A stretch of DNA of 64,000 nt from Myxococcota bacterium. Its GTDB lineage: Bacteria; Myxococcota_A; UBA9042; PHBI01; JAWLBL01. The first letter of the stretch is position 1, and every line of letters begins with the position of its first letter. The stretch is taken from NCBI GenBank assembly GCA_041687695.1, contig JAWLBL010000019.1, positions 1-64,000 on the forward strand. The letters are read 5' to 3'. Shown here piece after piece: positions 1 to 10,973 of this stretch. The notes beneath the pieces were generated by a model. It made no database searches and was not told the DNA's origin. It worked only from the letters and a program-made list of their open reading frames with translations. Both the position numbers and the translations under genes were made by a program.

Positions 1-98
1 CTACCCCACAACTGGAAGCCGCGACCACCGCCCGACCCTTAGACCTGTGGCAACAAGCGCGCAAGGGGATTGAGGGACACCTGATATCGGACGGTTAC
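1..98 (+). mobile_element. Right end of an IS66-family insertion sequence (3' tail of TnpC transposase plus terminal inverted repeat)
   Basis: Frame 1 reads LPHNWKPRPPPDP-stop (1-42), resembling the conserved LLPxNW end of IS66 TnpC. The segment ends in GGACGGTTAC at 98 (reverse complement GTAACCGTCC, an IS66-type GTAA end). Host Cys-repeat coding sequence starts immediately after. Confidence 0.8.
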
Positions 99-100
99 CC

Positions 101-3100
101 AGCGCCTGCGCCTGCGAGACCCACGCCGACTGCGACGACGGCAAGCCGTGCAACGGGGTCGAGACCTGTGACGCCGCCACCTCGTTGTGCAAGGCGGGCC
201 AGCCGGTCGACTGCTCGTCCCAGGGGGACGCCTGCAACAAGGGCGCCTGCGATCCCCAGACGGGCGCCTGCGGCAAGGCCCCGCTGGCGGACGGCACCAG
301 CTGTGACGACGGGCTGGCCTGCACGTCCGGCGACGGGTGCGGCGCAGGGGCCTGCACGGGCACGGCGCTCGTCTGCGACGACGGCGTCGCCTGCACCCTG
401 GACGCGTGCGACGAGGCCCTCGGCGGCTGCGTCCACGACAGCAGCGCCTGCGGCTGCGAGCAGGACAGCGACTGCGACGACGCCAACGCCTGCAACGGCG
501 TCGAGACCTGCGACCCGCAGTCGCTGACCTGCAAGGCCGGCGCCCCGGTCGACTGCAGCCACTTGACCCAGGGATGCATGAAGGGCAGCTGCAGCCCCGG
601 CACGGGCGCGTGCAGCGCCGTGGCGGTCGCGGACGGCGCCGGCTGCGACGACGGCCAGGCCTGCACGACCGGGGACGCGTGCAAGGCGGGATCGTGCGAG
701 GGCCAGCCCGTGACCTGCGACGACGGCCTCGGCTGCACGGTCGACGCCTGCGACGAGGCGTCGGGCGCCTGCGCCAGCGACGACAGCGGGTGTGACTGCC
801 TGGTCGACGCCGACTGCGACGACCTGAACCCCTGCAACGGCCAGGAGACCTGCGACACGCTGATAGGCGAGTGCGTCGCGGGAGCCGTCGTGGACTGCAC
901 GTCGTCGGACGACGCCTGCAACACCGGCGCTTGCGATCCGGCGACCGGGGCCTGCGTCAAGGTCGCCGTCAGCGACGGGACGGCGTGCGACGACGCCTCG
1001 ATCTGCACCCAGGGGGACGTCTGCTCGGACGGCGTGTGCCAGGGTGTCGCCACGCCCTGCGACGACGGCAAGGCCTGCACGGTGGATAGCTGCAGCGAGC
1101 GCGCGGGCGGGTGCGTCTTCGACGCCTCGGCCTGCGGCTGCACGGCCGACGCTCAATGCGACGACGGGAACCCGTGCAACGGCGTCGAGACCTGCGACCT
1201 CAGCGCCGGCCAGTGCAAGTCCGGCGCGGCCGTCAGCTGCGTCCACCTGGACGACGCGTGCAACCTGGGCGTCTGCTCGCCCAGCACCGGCCAATGCGCC
1301 AAGTCCCCCAAGGCCAACGGACTGGCCTGCAACGACGGCAACGCCTGCACCCAGACCGACCAGTGCCAGAGCGGCGTGTGCACCGGCTCCAACCCGGTCG
1401 TCTGCACCGCGCAGAGCCAGTGTCACCAGGTCGGAGTCTGCGATGCGGCGACCGGCGTCTGCTCCAATCCAGTCAAGACGAACGGCTCGAGCTGCAACGA
1501 CGGAAACGCCTGCACTCAGACGGACAGTTGCCAGAATGGCGCTTGTGTCGGCTCGAATCTGAAGTCATGTACAGCTTTGAGCCAGTGTCACAATGCGGGC
1601 GTTTGCAACACCGTGACGGGAGCCTGCTCGACGCCTCTCAAGCCAAACGGCAGTGCTTGCGACGATGACGACGCGTGCACAGCTAGCGACGTTTGCTCCT
1701 CGGGGACATGCGTTGGAAGCGGAACTCCCGATGATGCGCCGAACGATTGGGCCAAGCGCATTTCAGGTGGCAGTTCGGATGGTGTGACTTCGGTCGTCTC
1801 CACAACCAATGGAGGCGTTCTCGTCGCTGGATCGTTCTCGAGCACTTCACTGAATCTGGGGACGACGTCTTCAGGCTCGACCAAGTCGCTAATGTTGCCC
1901 TCAGGCGTCAACGAGGGCCTGTTTCTCGCATCGTACGATTCAAACGGAAACGTCGGCGCGACGAAGCTGGTGGGGCAGTCGCCAGACTCTACCATTCGTT
2001 CGACATCGCTGATGGTCACTGACGGTGGCGATGTGTTGCTCGCCGGTTGGAGCCTTGGGACTGTCCAGGTTGGGGCTTCGATACTGAACGAGCAGGGTGG
2101 CGGTGCTTGCTTCCTGGTTCGCATGAGCTCAGCGCTCGCGTTGAAGTGGGTTGTATCCATGAAAGGCTTTGGTTGCTTCGTCGTTGCAGCCGTCGACGGA
2201 AGCGGCAACACGAGAGCTATGATTTCTGGGTCCGAGTTGGTGCTGTCGAGCACGGCAGGGGACACGGAAACGTTCTCGTTTCCACAGCCTCGAGGAGTAC
2301 TCGCGGCCTATGATTCACTTGGCGGGCTTGAGTGGACTAGCGTTCCCTTCGAAACGGGCGACGTAACCGGGTATGGTATCGCAGTGAGTGCGCTCGGTGA
2401 CTCGCTTATCACGGGTCGGGCGTCTTCAACGACGGTCTCGGGACAGTCCATAGCGAGTGCCGGAGGCTACGATGCGTTCGCCCTTCGAGTGGGGCAGGAT
2501 GGCGACCCCGAGTGGTTCCGCCGTATGGGAGGCACTGGCGCAGATCAGGGTTTCGGTGCGGCCTTCATGGCGGATGGGAAAGCTATCGTGACTGGTCGCG
2601 TGATTGGAGCTGCCACAATCTCTGGAACCGGTATGTCCGCGGTTGCAATGCCGGCAGGAGCTTCTGGTACGACCGACCAGGACGTCTTTGTCGCAGCTTT
2701 CGATTCCTTGGGCCAAAGCTCGTGGGTCCTGCGGTCGGTTGGTGCAGGCGACGATGTTGGATACGCAGTAGCTCCTTTGGGGTCAACCGATGGGGTGTCC
2801 TTGGTGGGTACGTTGATGGGCAGCATGACTCTTGGAGTTGGCGCGAACGCGAAGTTCCTGGCGACGGCCGGCGGACTCAACAGCCGAGCGCTCTTCGCGG
2901 CACAGGTCACGGCCGGCGGTCAGGTCAAGTTTCTCGAGCACATCGGCGGCGAAAATGCGTTGCACGTTGGCTGGACCGATGGCTTCTTGGATCCATCGTG
3001 GATGGCAGTCGCGTCGGATGCTTCGGGAGCCATGACCGTAGGGGGAACGTTCAAGTCCGCGACTCAGTTCGGTGCCGCTAAGATGACGAGCCTCAGCGCC

Positions 3101-3160
3101 GTTGGTCACGATGGTTACCTCGCCCGCATCAACTCGGCGGACGGGTTGCAGTGTCAGTGA
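101..3160 (+). pseudogene. Cys-rich repeat surface protein (CDDGxACTxDxC repeats) with C-terminal beta-propeller-like domain; 5' part cut off by the IS66 insertion
   Basis: Cys repeats are already in frame at 101 (SACACETHADCDDGKPCNG) with no start codon or signal peptide. The C-terminal half has repeated W...GGxxxD / GxFxG / DxFxAxYD propeller-type motifs. Confidence 0.7.
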
Positions 3161-3233
3161 GGGGATGGCTCCGGGCTGGAAAGCCGGGCGGGGGTGCAGT
3201 AGGCTCCGCCCGGGTCGTACGGAGAGGTGGACC

Positions 3234-4634
3234 TTGAGGCAGTGGACGGTGGTGGCGGGGCTGGCCTTGGGGCTGGCGCTCGTCGGGTGTGGCAAGGGTG
3301 AGCCGGCGGCGAAGCTGACGGTGGGGCAGGGCGTGCCCGCGCCGGCGGCGGCGGGGCAGGCAAGGGTGCTCGAGGGCGTCGTGCAGGCGCCCGAGCGGCG
3401 GACGGCGTCGGTCGAGCGGCCGGTGCCGGCGCGTCGGGCTCCGGCGCCGCGCGCGGTGGCGCCGCGCGCGCCCGAGGTGGCCTTCGAAGGGGTGAAGCTC
3501 GCGCTCGTCCACACGGCCAACGTGGTGGGCGAGCTCGAGCCCTGTGGTTGAGCGGGCAATCCTCTTGGCGGTCTTGCCAGGAAAGCGACAGCCCTGAAGG
3601 CGACGGCAGAGGCGGAAGGGTGGACCGGTGCGGTCGTCCTGGACGCCGGTGATCTGTTCGTCGAGACGTTCACCATCCCCGAGATGAAGCGCAAGGAGGT
3701 CGAGGACACGGCGGCCTTCCTCGTCGAGCAGGTGGGGGCCATCGGTCTGCACGCCATGACGGTGGGCGACCGGGATCTCCTGCTGGGCGTGGACACGCTG
3801 CGCAAGCTCGAGCGCAAGGCGAAGTTCCCGCTCCTGTCGGCCAACCTGGTCGACGCGGCCAGCGGTCGGCCCCTGTTCCGGGCGCGGACCCTGGTCACGG
3901 AGGCTGGGGTCAAGGTCGGCGTCTTCGGCGTCACCACCAAGCAGGCGATGCACCGCGGCCCGGGCGAGCCGACCTGGAAGGTCGAGGACCCGATCGCGGC
4001 GGCGCGCGAGCAGGTGGCCGCGCTGAAGGGCGAAGGCGCGCAGGTCGTCGTGGCCCTGGCGCACCTGTCCGAGGACGAGGCCGCCGAGCTGGCCCAGCAG
4101 GTGCCGGGCATCACGGCCATCCTGGGCGGCCACGGGCAGCGGATGATGCAGCACCCCGACCAGGTCGGCGCGACCTTCGTCGCCGAGGCCTTCTCCAAGG
4201 GCAAGCTGCTGAGCACGCTGGTCCTGCACGTCTGGACCGGGCGCGACGCTGCCAGCGGCTTCATCGATCGCTTCAAGAAAGAGGGGCTGAGGTCGCGCCT
4301 ACAGCAGGTCGAGGCCCAGATCGCCAGCTACGAGCGCATGGTCGAGGCCCGCAAGGCCCAGGGGGATGCCCCCGAGGGCAAGGCCGACGCCGGTCCCCGT
4401 CGTGCGCGGGCCCCGCAGGTGGGCGTCCGCTTCTACGAGGAGCAGCTGGTGAAGCTGCGGGCCGACCGGCAGCTCCTCGAGCTCGAGCTCGAGGACGCGC
4501 CCGAGCCCGATCCCAAGGCCAACTTCATCCGCTACGCGACCGTGCAGCTCGGCCGCACGATCGAGGACGAGCCCAAGGTCCATGCGGCGGTCGAGTCCTT
4601 CCGAAAGAAGTACCCCAAGGCCAAGGGCCACTGA
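3234..4634 (+). CDS. UshA/5'-nucleotidase-like lipoprotein, probable selenoprotein (UGA at 3549-3551 read as Sec, CxU motif)
   Basis: ORFs 3102..3551 and 3684..4634 are in the same frame and join through a single TGA: HTANVVGELEPCG-U-AGNPLGGLARKAT...DAGD. Lipobox LVGC. TTG start at 3234 follows GGAGAGG (alternative ATG at 3165). Confidence 0.85.
3564..3581 (+). promoter_or_regulatory. Candidate bacterial SECIS hairpin
   Basis: Stem CTTGGC/GCCAGG with apical loop GGTCTT starting with G; the stem begins 12 nt after the in-frame UGA. Confidence 0.65.
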
Positions 4635-4745
4635 CGGCTCGCGCCGACCCGGCCCACGCTCCGGCCGTCCCGCCGCGGACGGCCCGGAGCCGGGTCGGGG
4701 CGCGAGCGTCCCTCGACGACGGGGGTCGACGCGCGGCGGCGCGCG

Positions 4746-5693
4746 ATGATCGGCGCCGTATCGGTCGGGGTCGCGGTCCTCACGGCCGCCACCTTTGCCG
4801 CCTCGGGGCTCGCCGAGGCGCCTCGGCGCGTGGTGGTCGACGGTAACGTCCCGCTGCTGGAGGCCCCGGACGGCCACCCGCTCGCCGAGCTCGTCGCGTG
4901 GCCGAGCGCGCCGATCCCCGTCGAGGCGCTGGAGCCGCGCGGTGACCTCATCCGCGTCCGCACCCTCGGCGCGGTGCAGGTCGAGGGCTGGCTGCCCAGC
5001 GGCTCGCTGGCGGCCTTCGTGCAGCGGTCGACGCCGCTGTGGGTCGGCTCCGGGCCTTCCGAGCTGCTGGGCGAGCTGCGGCCGGGCGCCCTGGTCGTCG
5101 ACCTGGACTGGCACCGCGAGCGGGTCCGCGTCCGCTGGAAGGACCCCGAGACGGGCACCGAGGCCGAAGGGTGGGTCGACGGCCGCGATCTGGGCCCGGC
5201 GGCCGTCGCGTCAGAAGCGCCGTCCAGCGACAGCGACCGGCCGAGCCGGTGGACCCGCGCTCCCTGTGACCTGATCGCGACGCCCGGCGGGCCCCCGCGC
5301 CTGCGCCTGGGCGCCCATGTGCCCCTGATCGTCCGTGGGCCGCCGTCCGGCGGGCTCGTGCCGGTCACCCTGGCCTCCGAGGCGATCGAGGCGGCGGGCT
5401 GGGTGAGCGACAAGGTCCTGATCGATGCGCCGCTGCGGCCACCATCGCCGCCGGGCGGCGCGGCCCCCGTCATGCCATGGCCGGCGGGTCCGTTGCAGCT
5501 CACCGGCCTTGGCGGGGCCACCCTGCGCAGCCGCCCCGATCCCGCGGCGCCGGTGGTCGCGAGGCTGGCGGCCGACGTGCCGCTCGAGGCCCAGGGCCCG
5601 GAGCGACACGGCTGGCTCGAGGTGCGGACGCTGGAGGGCGTCCTGGTCCTGGGCTACGTCCGCGCGCCCGACGTCGCGCCCGTGGTCGACTGA
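4746..5693 (+). CDS. Secreted hypothetical protein with tandem SH3b-like modules
   Basis: Hydrophobic N-terminus; repeated modules ending in EGWL/EGWV/AGWV/LGYV; LRSRP...GWLEV...GYV pattern of SH3b domains. Confidence 0.55.
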   Translation: MIGAVSVGVAVLTAATFAASGLAEAPRRVVVDGNVPLLEAPDGHPLAELVAWPSAPIPVEALEPRGDLIRVRTLGAVQVEGWLPSGSLAAFVQRSTPLWVGSGPSELLGELRPGALVVDLDWHRERVRVRWKDPETGTEAEGWVDGRDLGPAAVASEAPSSDSDRPSRWTRAPCDLIATPGGPPRLRLGAHVPLIVRGPPSGGLVPVTLASEAIEAAGWVSDKVLIDAPLRPPSPPGGAAPVMPWPAGPLQLTGLGGATLRSRPDPAAPVVARLAADVPLEAQGPERHGWLEVRTLEGVLVLGYVRAPDVAPVVD

Positions 5694-5821
5694 CGCCGGC
5701 CGACGTGCCGCTCGAGGCCCAAAGGCCGGAGCGACACGGCTGGCTCGAGGTGCGGACGCTGGAGGGCGTCCTGGTCCTGGGCTACGTCCGCGCGCCCGAC
5801 TTCGCGCCCATGGTCGACTGA
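5570..5821 (+). repeat. 124-bp near-tandem direct repeat (5570-5693 and 5698-5821) duplicating the gene's 3' end
   Basis: Two copies 4 nt apart with 5 mismatches; both end in GTCGACTGA. Confidence 0.9.
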
Positions 5822-5887
5822 GCCCGGCGCCCAAACGCGACAGGGGCCCTGGTGGCCCCCGTCGTGTCGTCGCACCTGCCGAGACGC

Positions 5888-8800
5888 TCAGTCCTCGAAG
5901 ATGCTCCGGATGTCCTCGATGCTCAGGCCGCTGCCCGAGAGGCCCTCGCCGCTGACGACCTCGTCGAAGAGCTCCTTCTTCGCCTCTTGCAGCGCGATGA
6001 TCTTCTCCTCGACGGTGTTCTCGCTGACCAGCTTGTAGACGAAGACGGGGCGCGTCTGGCCGATGCGGTGGGCGCGGTCGGTGGCCTGGGCCTCGACCGC
6101 GGGGTTCCACCACGGATCCATGTGGATGACGTAGTCCGCCGCGGTCAGGTTCAGGCCCGTGCCGCCCGCCTTCAAGCTGATGAGGAACAGCGGCGGCCCG
6201 TCGGTGGCGTTGAACTGATCTATCAGCTCTTGCCGCTTGCGGGTGCGCCCGTCGAGGTAGAGGTACGCGATGCCGGCCTTGTCGAGCCAGTCCCGGAGGA
6301 TGCCGAGGTGCGCCGTGAACTGGCTGAAGACCAGCGCGCGGTGGTTCTCGGCGATCGCCTCCTGGATGAGGTCGTGCAGGATCTCGTGCTTGGAGCTCTC
6401 GTGCACGTCCTCGGCGAGGTCCAGCTTGACCAGGTCGGGGTGGCAGGCCACCTGGCGCAGCTTGAGCAGGGCGTCCAGGATCGTGACGGTGCTGCCCTTG
6501 ATGCCGCGCTCGTTGATGGACTCGAGCACGCGCTGCTTGGACAGGGCGCGCACCTTGTCGTACAGCTCCTGCTGCTTGGGCGCGAGCGGGATGCGGATGA
6601 CCTGCTCGGTCTTCTCGGGCAGCTCCTTGGCGACGTTGTTCTTGTCGCGGCGCAGCATGAAGGGCGCGACCTTCAGGCGCAGCCCCTCGATGTCCTCGGG
6701 CTTCTCGGTGCCCGAGATGACATAGCGCCCCCGGAAGTTCTTCTCGGTGTCGAGGAACCCGGGCATCAGGTAGTCGAAGATGGACCAGAGCTCGAGCAGG
6801 TTGTTCTCGAGCGGCGTGCCCGTCAGGGCCAGGCGGTGCCGCGCCGTCATCTTCTTGGCGGCGATGGCGGTCTGGCTCTCGGGGTTCTTGATGTTCTGGG
6901 CCTCGTCGAGCACGACCGCGTGCCACGTCCGCCGCTGCAGCCGCTGGATGTCCAGACGCAGCAGGGCGTAGGTGGTGATGACGAGGTCGGCCTTCTTGAG
7001 CTTGTTGTAGATGGCGTCGCGGTTGGGGCCGGTCAGCTTCACCACCTCGAGCGCCGGGGCGAACTTGGCCGCCTCGGTGACCCAGTTGGACGCGACCGAC
7101 GTCGGGCAGACGACCAGGGTCGGGTTCTCGGCGCGCCCGGACTCCTTCTCGGCGAGCAGGAAGGTCAGGGTCTGGATGGTCTTACCCAGGCCCATGTCGT
7201 CGGCGAGGATGCCGTGGAAGCCCGAGTCCCGAAGGAAGGCGAGCCAGTCGTAGCCGTGCTTCTGGTAGGGACGCAGCTCGGCCTGCAGGCCCTCGGGCAG
7301 CGGCTCGTCCATCAGCCCGGCGAAGTTGCGCAGGCGCCTGGACAGGCGCTGCCACTCCTCGTCGGCCTTGATCTCGGCGTCGCCGACCAGCGCGTCCAGC
7401 ACCGGCGCGTGATACCGCGGGACGCGGCCGATGCCGCCGCTGAGCAGCAGCTGCGGCAGCTCCATCGCCACCTTGAGGTGGTGCGTCACCCAGTCGTCGG
7501 GCAGCAGCGCCAGGCTGCCGTCCTCGAGGGCCAGGTAGCGGCGCCCGCTCTGGTAGAGCTGCAGCAGCGCGTCGAGGCCGTAGCGCGACTTGTCGACGCA
7601 GATCTCGAGGTTCACCTCGAACCAGTCGATGCCGCTCTCGATGCGGCCCGTCAGGTGCGGCGTCAGGTGCTTGGTCTTGAACCGCTGCAAGCGCTCGCGC
7701 CCCAGGATGGTCCACTGCTCGCCCAGCCCGTCCAGGCGCTCCTCGAGGAACGCGAGGGCCTCGGACGTGTTGAGCAGGACCGTCCCCGGGTGGTCGCCGA
7801 CCGGCAGGCCCGCCTCGCGCGCGGCCTCGAGGGCCTTCTTCTCGGCCTCGATGTCGCGGATGACGAAGGGCGGCTCGAAGCCGTCCGGCGCGCGCAGCAC
7901 GGCCGGCGCCGACTCGCTCATCACCTGCAGCTCGTGCGGATCGCCGTAGCGGAAGGACAGCTGCACCTTCAGGTGGTCGCCCTGCTCGCCCAGGACCAGG
8001 ATCGGCTCGACCTGTCCGACCTCGGGCAGGACACCCGGCTCGGCCTCGACGCGGATGAGCTCCCGCATGCGGATGAGGCCGCGCTCGAGGAAGGTCGGCA
8101 CCTCGCGCAGCGGCATGCGCGCCTGCTTGCGGCTGAGGCCGTAGACGATGGGGCCCACGCCCGGACCGCCCACGATGGGCATCAGCGCGTTCTCACCGTC
8201 GAAGAGCCAATACTGCAGCGGGCTCCCTGCGATGCGGGCGCGCTTGTCGAGCGTGCGCCGCTTTCCGTTCAAGATGATCTGGATCTTGAGCGACAGCCCC
8301 TGGTTCTTGAGCGAGTCCACGCGCACGCGCGGCCGCACCGGATCGAGCTTGATCTGCAGCTTGCGATCCGTGTTGCCGAGGTAGACCTCCTGCACCCGCG
8401 CGAGCGATCGCAGCAGCAGATCCAGCGTGGCCTCGTCGGCCAGCATGACGTGCTCTTCGTCCTCGTCCTCTTCCAGCAGACCGGCCAGCCGCGCGACCAC
8501 GAGCTCCTCGGGTCGGCGCAGCGCCAGCGTGTCCGTCTCACCCGCGAGGGCGGCGCGGAGCTGCCAGGCCGGGACGGGCCGCTCGCTCCCACGGCCCCGC
8601 TTGGTGAAGCGGGCCTTCGAGAAGCGAGCCTTGAGCACGTCGTCGGGGGTCAGAGGCAGATCGAGGCGAACGACCAGCCTGTCCTCTGGCTCTTCGGCAC
8701 CCGCAAACTCGGCAGCAACATCCTCGGCTTCATCGAGGATGCGGCCCCATCCGGCGCTCTCGGCGCTGCGAAGCGTCGGGTCGGCGAGTGCGGCCAAAGC

Positions 8801-9073
8801 CAGCGCGACCTCATGCTTGCAGTGTCCGTGAGTGTACGGGCACGTACACTCGGCCTTGATGAGACCCCCATCCTTGCTCGATAGCTGAACGCGGACCGTG
8901 TAGTTGTCTCGGCCACTTCCAGTGACCGTACCTACAACGGCTTCGTCCTCTCGTCGCGCATCGATCACTCGGCCGCTGGCGAAATACTGGCAGCCTCGAG
9001 TGAACGTCTTCTGGCCGACCTGCTTCCGGAGCTTACGGGTGCGGAGCGACTCGATGTCGACCGCAAGCACCAT
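5888..9073 (-). CDS. SNF2-family helicase/ATPase with N-terminal SWIM zinc finger
   Basis: CTCP...CKH SWIM motif; LADDMGLGKT, DEAQ, TGTPLEN, SLKAGGTGLNL, DPWWNPAVE, QATDRAHRIGQ motifs. Confidence 0.95.
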   Translation of the reverse strand: MVLAVDIESLRTRKLRKQVGQKTFTRGCQYFASGRVIDARREDEAVVGTVTGSGRDNYTVRVQLSSKDGGLIKAECTCPYTHGHCKHEVALALAALADPTLRSAESAGWGRILDEAEDVAAEFAGAEEPEDRLVVRLDLPLTPDDVLKARFSKARFTKRGRGSERPVPAWQLRAALAGETDTLALRRPEELVVARLAGLLEEDEDEEHVMLADEATLDLLLRSLARVQEVYLGNTDRKLQIKLDPVRPRVRVDSLKNQGLSLKIQIILNGKRRTLDKRARIAGSPLQYWLFDGENALMPIVGGPGVGPIVYGLSRKQARMPLREVPTFLERGLIRMRELIRVEAEPGVLPEVGQVEPILVLGEQGDHLKVQLSFRYGDPHELQVMSESAPAVLRAPDGFEPPFVIRDIEAEKKALEAAREAGLPVGDHPGTVLLNTSEALAFLEERLDGLGEQWTILGRERLQRFKTKHLTPHLTGRIESGIDWFEVNLEICVDKSRYGLDALLQLYQSGRRYLALEDGSLALLPDDWVTHHLKVAMELPQLLLSGGIGRVPRYHAPVLDALVGDAEIKADEEWQRLSRRLRNFAGLMDEPLPEGLQAELRPYQKHGYDWLAFLRDSGFHGILADDMGLGKTIQTLTFLLAEKESGRAENPTLVVCPTSVASNWVTEAAKFAPALEVVKLTGPNRDAIYNKLKKADLVITTYALLRLDIQRLQRRTWHAVVLDEAQNIKNPESQTAIAAKKMTARHRLALTGTPLENNLLELWSIFDYLMPGFLDTEKNFRGRYVISGTEKPEDIEGLRLKVAPFMLRRDKNNVAKELPEKTEQVIRIPLAPKQQELYDKVRALSKQRVLESINERGIKGSTVTILDALLKLRQVACHPDLVKLDLAEDVHESSKHEILHDLIQEAIAENHRALVFSQFTAHLGILRDWLDKAGIAYLYLDGRTRKRQELIDQFNATDGPPLFLISLKAGGTGLNLTAADYVIHMDPWWNPAVEAQATDRAHRIGQTRPVFVYKLVSENTVEEKIIALQEAKKELFDEVVSGEGLSGSGLSIEDIRSIFED

Positions 9074-9270
9074 ATGTTCTGCCCTCTATCAAAGGGTGGA
9101 CCGATGGGCAAGAGCTTTGCTCGATGAATTTGCGCATCGGCGGGTCAAAGTCCCCAGACGCGCTGGGGGTTGCTTCCGACAGGGGCGGCGCCTAGGGTAG
9201 GCGCCGCTTCGGGCCCGGAACTGCCCGGTCTCGAACGCGTGACCTCAACCGGCGAAACCGGGAGCCTTTC

Positions 9271-9555
9271 ATGTCCGAGACCCTCGTCCACTGCGCCCGC
9301 TGCGAGCGAGACGCTCCGGCCGTCTCATCGCGGCTCACCTTCTCCGGCGAGCTCGCCGAGCGGATCCGCGCCGGCGTGTGCCAGAGCTGCTGGCGCGAAT
9401 GGCTCGAGATGCAGATCAAGGTCATCAACGAGTACCGGCTGCACATGGGCGAGCCTGAGCATCGCAAGGCTCTCAACAAGTTCGCCGAGCAGTTCTTCCG
9501 CTTCGACGGTGGCGACGGCAGCCTGGGCGCCGGGCCGCAGGGCGGCCTGAGCTGA
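9271..9555 (+). CDS. Fe(II)-trafficking / oxidative damage protection protein (YggX-like)
   Basis: VHCARC...GELAERI...CQSCWREWLEMQIKVINEYRL pattern typical of the YggX family. Confidence 0.85.
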   Translation: MSETLVHCARCERDAPAVSSRLTFSGELAERIRAGVCQSCWREWLEMQIKVINEYRLHMGEPEHRKALNKFAEQFFRFDGGDGSLGAGPQGGLS

Positions 9556-9783
9556 GTGGGCCGACCCGGTCCTCCCCGGTGAGGGGGTGGAACGGGTCGC
9601 GCGGCTCCCGCGCACCGAACGCCGAAGGCGTCCCGTTGGACGCTTTCGGCGGAGGCGAAGATCCTGACGGTGACGACGCCGGGCACCTGGGGGGCGCCGG
9701 AGCCGAACACGCAGGGTGCGTCCTCGCGTCTCCCGTCGGGTCGACGCGCGTGGACGCGGTCGCCCGAGCGAGAGGGAGAGGGT

Positions 9784-9807
9784 GGGGAACACCCGAAGGT
9801 GTTCCCC
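9784..9807 (-). terminator. GC-rich hairpin just downstream of tRNA-Pro
   Basis: Perfect 10-bp stem GGGGAACACC/GGTGTTCCCC with a UUCG loop on the minus strand; no U-tract. Confidence 0.5.
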
Positions 9808-9817
9808 GTGGCCGACC

Positions 9818-9896
<79 letters not shown>

Positions 9897-9951
9897 ATCC
9901 GAGGCCGGCCATGAAGGGAACCGACGATGCGCTGAGTGTTCAACGCGTCGT

Positions 9952-10230
9952 CTAGGAGTTGAGCGCGGTCTTCAAGACCTGGCTGGGCTTGAAGGTGAGC
10001 ACCCGACGGGCCGAGATCTTGATCTCCTCGCCCGTCTGCGGGTTGCGGCCGATGCGCTCCTTCTTCTGACGGACCACGAAGTTGCCGAACCCGGAGATCT
10101 TGATCTTCTCTCCGGCCCCGAGCGTGTCCTTCATGGTCTCGAAGACGCTCTCGACGATGTCGGCGGACTCCTTCTTGGAGTAGCCGCCGAGCCTCTCGTA
10201 GACAGCTTCGATGATGTCGGCCTTGGTCAT
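9952..10230 (-). CDS. ihfA: Integration host factor subunit alpha
   Basis: MTKADI...KISGFGNF...[25 protein letters not shown]; lies next to tRNA-Pro(GGG). Confidence 0.93.
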   Translation of the reverse strand: MTKADIIEAVYERLGGYSKKESADIVESVFETMKDTLGAGEKIKISGFGNFVVRQKKERIGRNPQTGEEIKISARRVLTFKPSQVLKTALNS

Positions 10231-10258
10231 CGGGAGCTCCTTGTTGCGCCGGGGTGTT

Positions 10259-10612
<354 letters not shown>

Positions 10613-10628
10613 GTGGGTTCTCCGAAAC

Positions 10629-10826
10629 TCAGCCGGCCCTGAGGAGTCGCTTGATCATCGGCTCGTCGGCCGGATGAACGAGCGTGGTCCCGCGGAGGTT
10701 GCGCTTCCGCTTGGGGCTCTTCTTGGTCAGGATGTGGTTGTGGAAGGCCTGCGAACGCTTGACCCGTCCACTGCCGGTCAGCTTGAAGCGCTTGGCGGCG
10801 CCCCGATGGGTCTTCATCTTCGGCAT
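10629..10826 (-). CDS. rpmI: 50S ribosomal protein L35
   Basis: [20 protein letters not shown]...[15 protein letters not shown]. Confidence 0.98.
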   Translation of the reverse strand: MPKMKTHRGAAKRFKLTGSGRVKRSQAFHNHILTKKSPKRKRNLRGTTLVHPADEPMIKRLLRAG

Positions 10827-10973
10827 GACTGATTCCTCGCGACGGGGGCGGCTGACCGGGGCCAGGCGATGCGACGACGGTGGGTCGACGCGCGTGGCTG
10901 CGCGGCCTCGGAACCGGGCAACCGGTCCGGCCCGCCCTCGCGTGGAGGTTGGGCCGGACGGTGACGAGCGGGG

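Noticed and set aside
3102..3551. Treating 3102..3551 and 3684..4634 as two genes or a pseudogene
   Set aside because: Continuous family motifs across the UGA, the CxU context and a SECIS-like hairpin favour a single recoded gene.
5570..5821. Bona fide diversity-generating retroelement
   Set aside because: Two of five mismatches are not at adenines and no reverse transcriptase is present; kept only as a duplication.
5852..8884. 1010-aa plus-strand ORF and similar long antisense ORFs (e.g. 11140..13821, 44918..47740, 52996..56034, 56718..59675)
   Set aside because: Antisense or off-frame shadows of well-supported genes, expected in very high-GC DNA; no recognisable motifs.
9556..9783. Integrated element or att site downstream of tRNA-Pro
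   Set aside because: No integrase and no duplicated tRNA 3' end found in the window.
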